Shown here in pieces: positions 1-8,603 of a DNA stretch of 48,912 nucleotides. This stretch comes from Fidelibacterota bacterium (lineage in GTDB: Bacteria; Fidelibacterota; Marinisomatia; Marinisomatales; S15-B10): the NCBI GenBank assembly GCA_046861655.1, contig JBHIAI010000004.1, positions 1-48,912 on the forward strand, written 5' to 3'. Made by a program: the position numbers and the translations under genes. Each line of letters opens with the position of its first letter. The first letter of the stretch is position 1. The notes beneath the pieces are model-generated. The model worked only from the letters and a program-made list of their open reading frames with translations. It searched no databases and was not told the origin of the DNA.

Positions 1-217
1 CCTCACTGGCCAGTTCAATGGACGGAGCCAGGAGCGACCAGTAACTTGCCGCAATCATGACCCCTGCCGCGAAACCCAGCATGCCGTCGAGGACCTTCCG
101 GTTCAGTTCCTTGAAACCGAAGACCGTGGCGGCCCCCAGGGCCGTCAGGCCCCAGGTGAAAACGGTGGCCACCAGGGCTTGAAGAACGGGGTGAAGCTGC
201 CGCAAACTGTCTATCAC
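1..217 (-). CDS. ZIP family (ZupT/GufA-type) metal transporter, 5' part, truncated by the window edge
   Basis: Not in the ORF track. Manual translation from GTG at 217 gives MIDSLRQLHPVLQALVATVFTWGLTALGAATVF...LDGMLGFAAGVMIAASYWSLLAPSIE, the characteristic ZIP/GufA N-terminal motif. Starts 3 nt after the dps stop. Confidence 0.9.
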   Translation of the reverse strand, partial: MIDSLRQLHPVLQALVATVFTWGLTALGAATVFGFKELNRKVLDGMLGFAAGVMIAASYWSLLAPSIELASE

Positions 218-220
218 CGA

Positions 221-700
221 CTATTCTTCCAGGAGACTTCTCAGCATCCAGGCTATCTTTTCGTGCTTGGGCGCCAGCTCATTGAGCAACTCTCCGGTAA
301 CAGAATCGCCGTGATCCGAACTGCACTTCTTTGCGTCTACCCTGAGATTCCTTCCCACTTCTTCATGGTCGGACAATAGATTCCTGAGCATGGTTTTGTC
401 GTCGGGATACTCCCCGGGCTCTTCCTCAAGGCGGGCCCGTTCGATAAATTCGGCCATGGTGCCAAGGGCCCTGCCACCCAGAGCCCTTGCCCTCTCGGCC
501 ACCTCATCAACGATATCCTCAAGGATTTCGTACTGCCCCTCGAAAAACGCATGGAGATCGTTGAACATCTGACCGACCACGTTCCAGTGATAGTTCCGGG
601 TCTTTATGTACAGGACAGACTCGTCAGACAGCAGGGTGTTCAGGATTCCCACCACTGCGTCCATGTTTTCGTCCGACACGCCAATGCTCGGTTTCATCAT
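221..700 (-). CDS. dps: Dps family DNA-protection / mini-ferritin protein
   Basis: HWNVVG..F.DLH..FE...DEVAER ferroxidase motif and C-terminal HEK.AWMLRS; SD GGAGG upstream. Confidence 0.95.
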   Translation of the reverse strand: MMKPSIGVSDENMDAVVGILNTLLSDESVLYIKTRNYHWNVVGQMFNDLHAFFEGQYEILEDIVDEVAERARALGGRALGTMAEFIERARLEEEPGEYPDDKTMLRNLLSDHEEVGRNLRVDAKKCSSDHGDSVTGELLNELAPKHEKIAWMLRSLLEE

Positions 701-722
701 GTGTCCTCCCCAGTAGTTTGCT

Positions 723-1424
723 TTACTTGGATGAGTGGTTTCTCAGAAACAGGGAATGGTATGCCAGGCTGGCTACCATTCCTCCGGCAAGGGGACCGAT
801 CCAGTACACCGGATGATTCTTCCAGTATCCTCCCACCAGAGCCGGTCCCAGAGTCCTGGCCGGATTCATGGAGGCCCCTGTAAGGGGTCCCCCCACCAGG
901 ATGTCAAATACCAGGACCAGTCCGATGCCGAAGCCGGCAATCATCTTGAAAGCGCCTCTTTCATCGATCGCCGTGGCAAACACCGTAAACACAAGAAAGA
1001 AGGTGAGAATCCCCTCCAGAAGAATCCCGGTACCGTAGCTTACTCCGCCAGCCAGGTTTGGGGTGCCCAGACTGACCGGTTCCCATACGTTCCGGGAGAA
1101 GATCGACACCAGGAGAAGGCCGCCCAGGATGGCCCCCGCCAATTGGGATAGGATGTAGGCTATCCCGTCCTTCAGGCTGATGTTTCGTGTGATCAGGGCT
1201 CCCACCGTGACCGCAGGGTTGATGTGCCCTCCTGAAACATGACCTACCGACGATATCATGATGGCCAGAACCAGTCCGTGGGCCAGGGCAATTCCCATGA
1301 GTCCTATCCCCGCGTCTCCTCTGGCAGTCAGGTACTGATCCGTGCAGATGGATCCCGCTCCAATGAACACAAGACCGAACGTGCCGATGAACTCGGCCGC
1401 CCCCTTTCGCAATGTGCTGTTCAT
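723..1424 (-). CDS. MIP family channel (aquaporin), TIP/AQP8-like filter
   Basis: AEFIGT, SGGHINPAVT and SMNPAR (two NPA boxes), YWIGP; six hydrophobic segments. Confidence 0.95.
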   Translation of the reverse strand: MNSTLRKGAAEFIGTFGLVFIGAGSICTDQYLTARGDAGIGLMGIALAHGLVLAIMISSVGHVSGGHINPAVTVGALITRNISLKDGIAYILSQLAGAILGGLLLVSIFSRNVWEPVSLGTPNLAGGVSYGTGILLEGILTFFLVFTVFATAIDERGAFKMIAGFGIGLVLVFDILVGGPLTGASMNPARTLGPALVGGYWKNHPVYWIGPLAGGMVASLAYHSLFLRNHSSK

Positions 1425-1454
1425 CTGTTGTCCCCTCGCATTTTCTTTCTCTTG

Positions 1455-1829
1455 TTATCGGGACTGCAGGCACCGGGAACATGTTCCGGTGAATTCAACG
1501 CCGAAGTCCGCGATGGCCAGACCATAATCCTTTTTCACGGAATCCAGAAAGCGAGTGTCGCTGATCTCCACATTCGTCACCGAACCACACTGCCGGCACC
1601 GGAAGTGATGATGCTTATCCTTTCTGCCGTCGTAGCGAACCACCGTTCCGTCGCGAAAACCCGTTATCATTCCCGCCCCGATCAATAGTTTGAGATTCCG
1701 GTACACCGTTCCCAAACTTATCTGGGGCAACACTTTCTGTACCTCACCGTAGATCCAGTCCGCCGTGGGATGGGCGTCCGTTGACTTTACTGCCTTCAGA
1801 ATCTCTTCCCGCTGCCTGCTGTACCGCAT
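1455..1829 (-). CDS. Fur family transcriptional regulator, PerR-like
   Basis: HPTADWIY, ISLGTVYRNL, RYD, HHHFRCRQCG and a C-terminal CSRC (two CxxC for structural Zn). Confidence 0.9.
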   Translation of the reverse strand: MRYSRQREEILKAVKSTDAHPTADWIYGEVQKVLPQISLGTVYRNLKLLIGAGMITGFRDGTVVRYDGRKDKHHHFRCRQCGSVTNVEISDTRFLDSVKKDYGLAIADFGVEFTGTCSRCLQSR

Positions 1830-1862
1830 ACCGTGTAGAATATACTAATCGATAGTACGAAA

Positions 1863-1890
1863 TCCATAATAACTATTATTACTATTTATC
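1863..1890. promoter_or_regulatory. Candidate Fur/PerR-type operator upstream of the regulator
   Basis: AT-rich island in a GC-rich background with the inverted repeat ATAATA-ac-TATTAT (1866-1879) and further AATAGT/AATAAT hexamers, 35-60 nt upstream of the Fur-family start. Confidence 0.55.
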
Positions 1891-1943
1891 AGCCCCTGTA
1901 ACTCTTTTCCGGGTCAGGCGCAACCCACGTCCTTTATGATGCC

Positions 1944-3197
1944 TTACTTCCTCTTCTCCAACCGACGAATGGTCAGGTATAGAACGATCACCAGAAAGGT
2001 GATGGTGGTGGTGGCTATTCCCAGCCACACCCTGCGGTTTTTGAAGTCCGTTGCGGCCTCCTGGGCTGTCAACCGGGCCCTCCGGGCCAGGTCCAGTCCG
2101 GGCACGGCCGTCTTTTCCACCTCCCGGCCATCCAGTGAGTGGATCATGGTTCTGGACTTGATGAGGACCTCTTTCGCTCCCTGAACATCGAACAGGGCGT
2201 CATCTATTTCCATACCCAGGCGTTCCGCCTGGTCTATCTCTCCCTCGGCCCTGCCAATAGCCAGAATAAGGGTATCCAGGGCAGACCTGATCAAAACCGC
2301 CTGCCGGGAACCCGGATCCCCTGGCGTATGGCAACGGGCACAGACCCCCTTTCCTTCCTCCATGGAAATCAGGGTGTCTTCAGGATGGAGAATCCTGTGA
2401 TTGCCGTGGCAAACGACGCATCCGTGAAGACCCCTTTCCTCGATCACTTTGCTCATCTTCGTGGACTCAAAGATTCTCTGGTTATTGGGATGACACTGTC
2501 CACACACCATTTTCACAGATCTCACCCCGGGCGGAATGGCACCATGGTTCCCGTGGCAATCGTTGCAGGTTGGGGCGGAGAGATCCTGTTTCTCCATGAG
2601 AGCGATCCCGTGCACGCTGGCCCTGTACTCTTCGAAAGCCGTGGAAGGAAGGTCGTGCTCGAACATCAGATCCTTGTCACCATGGCAGCCGTTGCAGGTG
2701 GACGCCACCCGGGTGGGATAGACCAAAGATCGCGGATCGGACTTGGGCAGAATGCGGTGGACGGCGTGGCATGTTCCACAGGTGGCCACGCGGGTGTCAC
2801 CTTTTAGGAGACCCTTGCCATGCTGGCTGGACCAGTACTTGGCCACCTGGTCCACCGCAAGGGAGGGGTTGTACCGCTGCATGAAAACAGGATCACCATG
2901 GCAGGATTCGCACATGAAGGGTATGTCCTCGGGCCGGGGTACACCCACAAAACCGCTCTCGGGATCGTGAGCCAGATCCATATCGAATACAGTGGGATCC
3001 CCCCCGTGACAGTCGGCACAGGTAAACCCGGTCCTGGAATGAATGTCCTCGCTGAAAACTTCGGCGGGCTCCAGGAATTCGTCGTAGAGTTCCAGATGAC
3101 ACGCCTGACATTCATTCACCGGGTCCGGTTCCTGGGCTCTCCCCTGGCCCGCCACGATCCCCAGGAACAATACGGCCATGACATGGCGGACCGTCAT
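1944..3197 (-). CDS. Membrane-anchored multiheme (9 CxxCH) cytochrome c
   Basis: CQACH, CADCH, CESCH, CGTCH, CNGCH, CNDCH, CGQCH, CVVCH, CARCH. Start moved to ATG 3197, which overlaps the cytochrome b stop (ATGA) and gives a signal peptide. Helical stalk and C-terminal TM helix. Confidence 0.92.
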   Translation of the reverse strand: MTVRHVMAVLFLGIVAGQGRAQEPDPVNECQACHLELYDEFLEPAEVFSEDIHSRTGFTCADCHGGDPTVFDMDLAHDPESGFVGVPRPEDIPFMCESCHGDPVFMQRYNPSLAVDQVAKYWSSQHGKGLLKGDTRVATCGTCHAVHRILPKSDPRSLVYPTRVASTCNGCHGDKDLMFEHDLPSTAFEEYRASVHGIALMEKQDLSAPTCNDCHGNHGAIPPGVRSVKMVCGQCHPNNQRIFESTKMSKVIEERGLHGCVVCHGNHRILHPEDTLISMEEGKGVCARCHTPGDPGSRQAVLIRSALDTLILAIGRAEGEIDQAERLGMEIDDALFDVQGAKEVLIKSRTMIHSLDGREVEKTAVPGLDLARRARLTAQEAATDFKNRRVWLGIATTTITFLVIVLYLTIRRLEKRK

Positions 3198-4264
3198 AAC
3201 AGGTACCCCAGCACAGTCATAATCACGATGAAACCCACCACGAGAATGCCTCCCCGCCGGATGATCCGGCTCCGTACGGTCCCCTCTTCCGTCGTATCTA
3301 TGAAGGGGATCAACATCCACACCAGGCCGGCCAGAGTGAAAGCCAGAACGCCCAGTAGCTCTCCCTCAATGGGACCCACTCTTGCGGGAATGTATTTCAG
3401 GGTTTGGAACATGAACACAAAATACCACTCCGGCTTAATACCGGCGGGTGCCGGAGCAAAGGGATCCGCCTTTACCCCCAGCTCCCAGGGGAAAAACACC
3501 GCCAGGACAGCCAGGATATTCAAGACGATCAACCACAAAAGCATATCTCTCAGCACGAAGTTCGGGAAAAAGGGAATGGTCACCTTTTTCTCGTCCGGCA
3601 ACCTGTCCCATTCCTGGGGTTCGGTCATGCCCTGAACCTGGACGAACAGAAGATGGAGAGTCAGAACGATCACAAAAACCATGGGAAGGATGGCCACATG
3701 GATGCCGTAGAACCGGGGCAGCGTTGCCCCCGTCACTTCCTCACTCCCCCTCAGGACGGTCATCAGGCCTTTTCCCACCACGGGGATAATCCCGATGATG
3801 TCCGTACCCACTTTGGTGGCAAAGAACGCAAGCTGGTTCCAGGGCAGCAGGTAACCGCTGAACCCGAAGGCCATGGCCAGAAGAAGGAGCACCACACCCG
3901 TCATCCAGGTCAATTCCCTGGGCTTCCGGTAGGCCTTAAGAAAAAAGACACTGAACATGTGGAAAAACGCCGCCAGGATCATCAGGTTGGCCGACCACGA
4001 ATGGATCGATCTCACCAGCCATCCGAATTTCACCTTGGCCATGATAAACTGGATGCTCTCAAAAGCAGAATCGGCGGTGGCCTTGTAATAAAGAAGGAGC
4101 AAGATACCGGAAACGACTTGAACGATGAACAGGAATAAGGCCACCCCGCCCAGGTAATACCAGAACCACCCTTTCCCGTGGGGAACCTTCTTTTCTTTCA
4201 GGAACTTGATGAACGCATCGATCTTGAACCGTTCATCAATCCACTGCCTTAGACGGGTCCACAT
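3194..4264 (-). CDS. qcrB: Cytochrome b subunit of a Rieske/cytochrome b complex (b6 and subunit IV-like regions in one polypeptide)
   Basis: [34 protein letters not shown] and the PEWY Qo motif. Confidence 0.95.
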   Translation of the reverse strand: MWTRLRQWIDERFKIDAFIKFLKEKKVPHGKGWFWYYLGGVALFLFIVQVVSGILLLLYYKATADSAFESIQFIMAKVKFGWLVRSIHSWSANLMILAAFFHMFSVFFLKAYRKPRELTWMTGVVLLLLAMAFGFSGYLLPWNQLAFFATKVGTDIIGIIPVVGKGLMTVLRGSEEVTGATLPRFYGIHVAILPMVFVIVLTLHLLFVQVQGMTEPQEWDRLPDEKKVTIPFFPNFVLRDMLLWLIVLNILAVLAVFFPWELGVKADPFAPAPAGIKPEWYFVFMFQTLKYIPARVGPIEGELLGVLAFTLAGLVWMLIPFIDTTEEGTVRSRIIRRGGILVVGFIVIMTVLGYLL

Positions 4265-4270
4265 GAGAAT

Positions 4271-4729
4271 CTAAGCCTGCCTGGCCACCCACACTTCATC
4301 GCCCCTCAGGTACACGTCAAAAGCGTCCAGCGGTCGAGGAGGAGGTCCGGCAACGTTGCGTCCCGTCAGGTCGAACCGGCCGTTGTGACAGGCACACCAG
4401 ATCTGACTTAGATCAGGCCGGTACTGGACCACACAACTCAAATGGGTACAGGTGGCGGTGAAGGCCTTGAATTCGTCCTCCCCCAGTCTGATGAGGATTC
4501 CCGGTTTCCGTCCAAATTGAAAAATGGTGCCTGTTCCCACGGGGAAGTCATCCCTGACTCCTACCCGCAAAGAAGATATGTTGGCCTCAGGGATGGAGGG
4601 GGGAACAAGGAACCTGGCCACGGGATACAGGACGCTCCCCAGCCAGCCAAAAACGCCCAGGCCCAGTAGCCATTTCAAGAGAGACCGTCTTTCAGGGTCG
4701 GAGGTACGTTCCACGTCGCGATGGGGCAA
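4271..4729 (-). CDS. qcrA: Rieske [2Fe-2S] subunit of the bc-type complex
   Basis: Tat-like RRSLLK plus TM helix; CTHLSC and CACHNGRF boxes; GPPPRPL. Exact start uncertain. Confidence 0.93.
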   Translation of the reverse strand: MPHRDVERTSDPERRSLLKWLLGLGVFGWLGSVLYPVARFLVPPSIPEANISSLRVGVRDDFPVGTGTIFQFGRKPGILIRLGEDEFKAFTATCTHLSCVVQYRPDLSQIWCACHNGRFDLTGRNVAGPPPRPLDAFDVYLRGDEVWVARQA

Positions 4730-5026
4730 AAAAATTCTTTACTCAATTTATGCCGGAAGGACAACAATGTCCACTGCCAACGTTCCACAGAAAACAGACT
4801 TGCCTGATGGGAGCACGATCGTATCCTGCCTTGCTTCCACCTGGTACCGATCGACCGTACGACATCGGTTCGCCGCAGCCGGACCACTCATTCGGAGGGA
4901 GGCCCAGGAAGCGAAGGGGAGAGAAATAGTGTAAAAAAAAGCAGGTCATACTTCAGACCCTGTCCCCGATCATCCCATCCTTTGCGTTGATTTTCGTCCC
5001 TGGCGTGACAAAATTCGGCAGATTCC

Positions 5027-5461
5027 ATGACCCAACGAAAAAAGGTCCTCTTTCTATGCACCGGCAATAGCTGCCGTTCCCAGATGGCGGAAGGACTTCT
5101 TCGTCACCTGGCCGGGGACCGGTTCCAGGTGTTCAGCGCCGGGACCCATCCCACCCGGATACATCCTATGACCATCCGGATTATGAAGGAATGGGGAATC
5201 GATGTCTCCAACCATACGGCGAATCACGTGGACGAATACCTGGATCACGATATAGACATCGTCATCACTGTCTGCGACAATGCCGAGGAGATCTGTCCGG
5301 TCTTTCCGGGAGCGGTGAAGCGGATCCACTGGGGCATCCCTGACCCCTTTTCCGGATGGTCAGAGGATGATCGGTTCATGGAACGCTACCGCACAACCCG
5401 GAATCTTATCCGGGAGCGGATAGAAGAATTCCTGACGCAGAATCGTGTAACGTATCCCTAA
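5027..5461 (+). CDS. arsC: Thioredoxin-dependent arsenate reductase (LMW-PTP fold)
   Basis: CTGNSCRSQMAEG P-loop, TVCDNA..ICP resolving cysteines, HW.IPDP. Confidence 0.9.
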   Translation: MTQRKKVLFLCTGNSCRSQMAEGLLRHLAGDRFQVFSAGTHPTRIHPMTIRIMKEWGIDVSNHTANHVDEYLDHDIDIVITVCDNAEEICPVFPGAVKRIHWGIPDPFSGWSEDDRFMERYRTTRNLIRERIEEFLTQNRVTYP

Positions 5462-5539
5462 CCCGCTTACCATTGATCAGGTCGTCCTGAGAACCCCGAA
5501 GCTCCGGAATCCACTCGCATCGACCGTACCGTCGCAAGG

Positions 5540-7246
5540 GTGATCAAGATACTGTACACTGCAAAGCCCGCAGCCGTCCGGTTGCTACTCTCACTTTTCC
5601 TTATTCCCTCTTCCGCTCGAACGCAGGTGATCCTGTCCGAAATCATGTTTGACCTCTCGGGAACCGACAGTCCGAATGAATTTGTGGAAGTTTTCAACCT
5701 GTCCCGTCGGGATACGGTGGATCTCTCCAGGTGGAAGATTGCAGACAACTCCTCGGTAGACGATCTCACCGATGGGGGAATGGGAATGATCCTTTTCCCC
5801 CGGTCTTATGCCGTGATTCTGGAGGGAGACTATCCCGCCGGGGCGGGATCGGGCCTCTACGCCTCTTTGATCCCGGACACCGTCCTTCTGGTCAAAGTTG
5901 ACGACAGCGCCATCGGAAACCAGCTGAGCGTGACCGACACTGTGACCCTTCTGGACGACTCAGGAAACCCGGTGGACAGCCACGGATGGGTGGACATCTA
6001 CGCTCCCGGTTTTTCCCTGGAACGGATCAGTCTGGAAGGTCCATCCGCGCCGGAAAACTGGACCGTCAGCACCGTCCCGCTGGGAACGCCCGGGACTCCC
6101 AACAGCGTGACACCGCCTGAGATTGACGCTGCCATCGATACCATGTCCGTCGCCCATACACCCCTGCATCCGGAACCGTACGAGTCCACTCTTCTTACGG
6201 CAACAGTGGCCAACCTTGGCACTGAGACCATCCAAGGAGATCTGTGGGTGACCGAGAGGGGTGTTGTCCTGAGCCACCAGGCGTTTGAGGATCTCCGTTC
6301 CGGCGACTCCCTTTCCCTGTCCTCAACCCTCGAACCCCTGGATCCCGGTTATCATGTTCTTTATCTGGTCGTGGAGGTCCAGGGGGACGGCAATCCAGAT
6401 AATGACACGGCTCGACACGCCATAACCGTCCGTTTTCCCGCCGGTTCCATGACCATCAATGAAATCCACGTGATTCCCGGCCCCGGAGTGCCTGAGTTTG
6501 TGGAGCTGGTAAACCTGCAAGGCGGGGATGCTGACCTGACGGGATGGAGGTTTTCCGACAGCGACACCGGGGAGGTGAGAATACTTCCTTCAGGGACAAT
6601 TCCTTCGGGAGGTTTCGGGATTATCGCCGCCGATTCATCCCTGCTGTCCATGGTGCCCACCCTTTCGCCCCTGGTGATTCCCCGGAACGGGTTCCCCCCG
6701 CTCAACAACGCCGGGGATACCCTTTTCCTATTCGATCCCACCGGAGTTCTCATGGACCGGGTCCCCTACGCCCCCCACTGGGACCTGGTGCGGGGCCGTT
6801 CCCTGGAAAAGTTACACCCCAGCCTGGAATCTCAGGTGGATAGGAACTGGGGACCATCTGTGGCCCCCGAGGGAATGACGCCGGGAAGGGAGAACAGTAT
6901 CTTCCTGGAAACCCTCCCCTCCACCGGGGTGATTACACTGAACCCCAACCCCTTTTCCCCCGATGGGGATCGAGTGGAGGACGAGATGAGGATTTCCTAC
7001 CGTCTTCCGTACACCCAGGCCTATGTGACTGCGTTGATCTTTGACAGCCGTGGCCGTCCCGTTCGAACTGTGGCAAGAAACTTGGCTGTGGGATCCCAGG
7101 GAGTCCTTACATGGGACGGCGCCACCGACCGGGGTCGGAGAGCCCGAATCGGGGTCTACGTACTGAAGGTTGTGGCAGTGGACAGGGAAACGAGAGAATC
7201 CCTGGAGTGGGTCAAGACGGCGATTCTGGCCGAACCGCTGAGGTGA
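5540..7246 (+). CDS. Secreted lamin-tail-domain protein with an Ig-like (CARDB-like) domain and a C-terminal FlgD/T9SS-like sorting domain
   Basis: Signal peptide; two LTD-like repeats (ILSEIMFD...EFVEVFN and TINEIH...EFVELVN, each followed by SLE..GTPG/MTPG.NS); C-terminal PNPFSPDGD...WDG....G.....GVY. Confidence 0.8.
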   Translation: MIKILYTAKPAAVRLLLSLFLIPSSARTQVILSEIMFDLSGTDSPNEFVEVFNLSRRDTVDLSRWKIADNSSVDDLTDGGMGMILFPRSYAVILEGDYPAGAGSGLYASLIPDTVLLVKVDDSAIGNQLSVTDTVTLLDDSGNPVDSHGWVDIYAPGFSLERISLEGPSAPENWTVSTVPLGTPGTPNSVTPPEIDAAIDTMSVAHTPLHPEPYESTLLTATVANLGTETIQGDLWVTERGVVLSHQAFEDLRSGDSLSLSSTLEPLDPGYHVLYLVVEVQGDGNPDNDTARHAITVRFPAGSMTINEIHVIPGPGVPEFVELVNLQGGDADLTGWRFSDSDTGEVRILPSGTIPSGGFGIIAADSSLLSMVPTLSPLVIPRNGFPPLNNAGDTLFLFDPTGVLMDRVPYAPHWDLVRGRSLEKLHPSLESQVDRNWGPSVAPEGMTPGRENSIFLETLPSTGVITLNPNPFSPDGDRVEDEMRISYRLPYTQAYVTALIFDSRGRPVRTVARNLAVGSQGVLTWDGATDRGRRARIGVYVLKVVAVDRETRESLEWVKTAILAEPLR

Positions 7247-7276
7247 ATCGTTTCTATAAACGAGAAGGGGGGGAGT

Positions 7277-8263
7277 CTACCTGAACGTTATCCCCGCGCC
7301 CAGGCTCAGCACGTTGTGTTCCCCCAGGGTGTAATCCGCGTTCAAATAGAACAGCAGCATTTTCAGGGTCACACCGAAAGTCGTACGAAGCCCATTCTCG
7401 CCCTCGAGCTCAAAGCCAACTTCCTGCCCATCCAATGGTGACCCCGGTGACTCGATGGTGTAACTCGCCTCAAGATTTGACTTGTCAAGCCCGACAAGGG
7501 CGTATGCGGTGATAAAGGGCATATCCGCACTCGCCTGTATATTAAGATTCGTATGGGTGCTCTTGATGATATCAAGGTCCAGGCTCTGATACACTGCCTG
7601 GAGAGAAAGATTCAGAAAAGGGGTAGGAAGAGGGAAGTATTGATCCAGCTTGTGCTTGAGACCGAAAGCCCGAAAGCTGGCGTCACCCAAGTCCCCCAGC
7701 GGAATGGGGATATAGCTAAGAAGCAACTCTGTTTTCAAGGGGAGACCGAGTCCAAGTTGTGGCCGGAACATGGGAACTGTTGTCATGTCCAACCCTGCCA
7801 AGCTGATCCCAACGTTGTCTATTTCTGAGGGTATATCTTCCCCCGTCAAGTTCGTTCCCAGGGCGTCGTTCAGATAGTTCGCCACATTGTCCCGGTCGGC
7901 GGTCAGGGTACCTTCTGTCCCGAAAACGGTGGGGAGCTCGGTATCTGTGAACAGAACGGACCCCGGAATTGTCACGTCCATGTAGGACCACTCCAGACCC
8001 GAGACGTCAAAGTCAAACGTTTTGGCCTCATCCGGGATAACGTCAACCATGGCCTTGATACTGATGTCGAATCCCAGGATCCCGTGGACCTTGGCGGTAT
8101 GGGTCAAACCGCTGTTCATGTTCATGCCAAACGAAGTGATAAACGGTTGGATGTACTTTTTGGCATTTTCCTGAGCGAGACTCTCCAGGTCTCCCTGGGC
8201 CGATACGACCTGAAAGGGACTCATCAGAATAATAACCAGGAACAGGGAAAACAGTCTTTTCAT
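7277..8263 (-). CDS. Putative outer-membrane beta-barrel protein (DUF6588-like)
   Basis: Signal peptide; YIQPF..FG..MNSG..HTAKVH..LGFD motif; amphipathic beta-strand C-terminus (LSLGAGITFR). Confidence 0.7.
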   Translation of the reverse strand: MKRLFSLFLVIILMSPFQVVSAQGDLESLAQENAKKYIQPFITSFGMNMNSGLTHTAKVHGILGFDISIKAMVDVIPDEAKTFDFDVSGLEWSYMDVTIPGSVLFTDTELPTVFGTEGTLTADRDNVANYLNDALGTNLTGEDIPSEIDNVGISLAGLDMTTVPMFRPQLGLGLPLKTELLLSYIPIPLGDLGDASFRAFGLKHKLDQYFPLPTPFLNLSLQAVYQSLDLDIIKSTHTNLNIQASADMPFITAYALVGLDKSNLEASYTIESPGSPLDGQEVGFELEGENGLRTTFGVTLKMLLFYLNADYTLGEHNVLSLGAGITFR

Positions 8264-8343
8264 GGAAAGATCCTCCCTCGAAATGTAGGTACTCTTAATC
8301 TGTTACGACCCCAGAATCAATTTAAAACATTCAGTCCAAAAAG

Positions 8344-8371
8344 ACATTACAATATTCGTGCTCTCCGTCAA
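8344..8371 (-). promoter_or_regulatory. Candidate sigma70-type promoter for the DUF6588-like gene
   Basis: TTGACG-N16-TAATGT on the minus strand, about 80 nt upstream of the start. Confidence 0.4.
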
Positions 8372-8440
8372 AAGCCAGGACTCTTGAACGTCCATGGGAA
8401 ACCGGAACGTGCTGGTATAGTTGAAAGAATCTTTTTCACG

Positions 8441-8466
8441 GGGAGGACCGACTCCTCCCTTTTTTC
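8441..8466 (+). terminator. Intrinsic terminator-like hairpin in a divergent intergenic region
   Basis: GGGAGGA-ccgac-TCCTCCC followed by TTTTTT. Confidence 0.6.
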
Positions 8467-8551
8467 TCTTCCGCTATACCTTTCTTTCCTGTCCTTCTTT
8501 TTGCGCAAAAGAAGGACCATGAAAACCGCCGCAACGGCCGGTCAAAAACCG

Positions 8552-8580
8552 TTGAATGTCGACGAGTGCTTATCTAAATT
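8552..8580 (+). promoter_or_regulatory. Candidate promoter for the M23 gene
   Basis: TTGAAT-N17-TAAATT. It overlaps the track's ATG at 8556, which supports a downstream start at GTG 8604. Confidence 0.55.
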
Positions 8581-8603
8581 GGTTCTTCAGGCCAGCATTC
8601 CCT

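Noticed and set aside
3198..3320. N-terminal extension of the multiheme cytochrome in the ORF track
   Set aside because: It overlaps cytochrome b; the signal peptide and ATGA coupling indicate a start at 3197.
4748..4891. 47-codon minus-strand ORF (MSGPAAANRC...) or SRP-like RNA upstream of the Rieske gene
   Set aside because: No SD, no recognisable motif, and the SRP helix-8 consensus is not matched.
723..5461. Aquaporin plus arsC as an arsenic-resistance unit (AqpS-like)
   Set aside because: They are 3.6 kb apart, divergent and separated by the bc operon; the aquaporin context is Fur/Dps, not ArsR.
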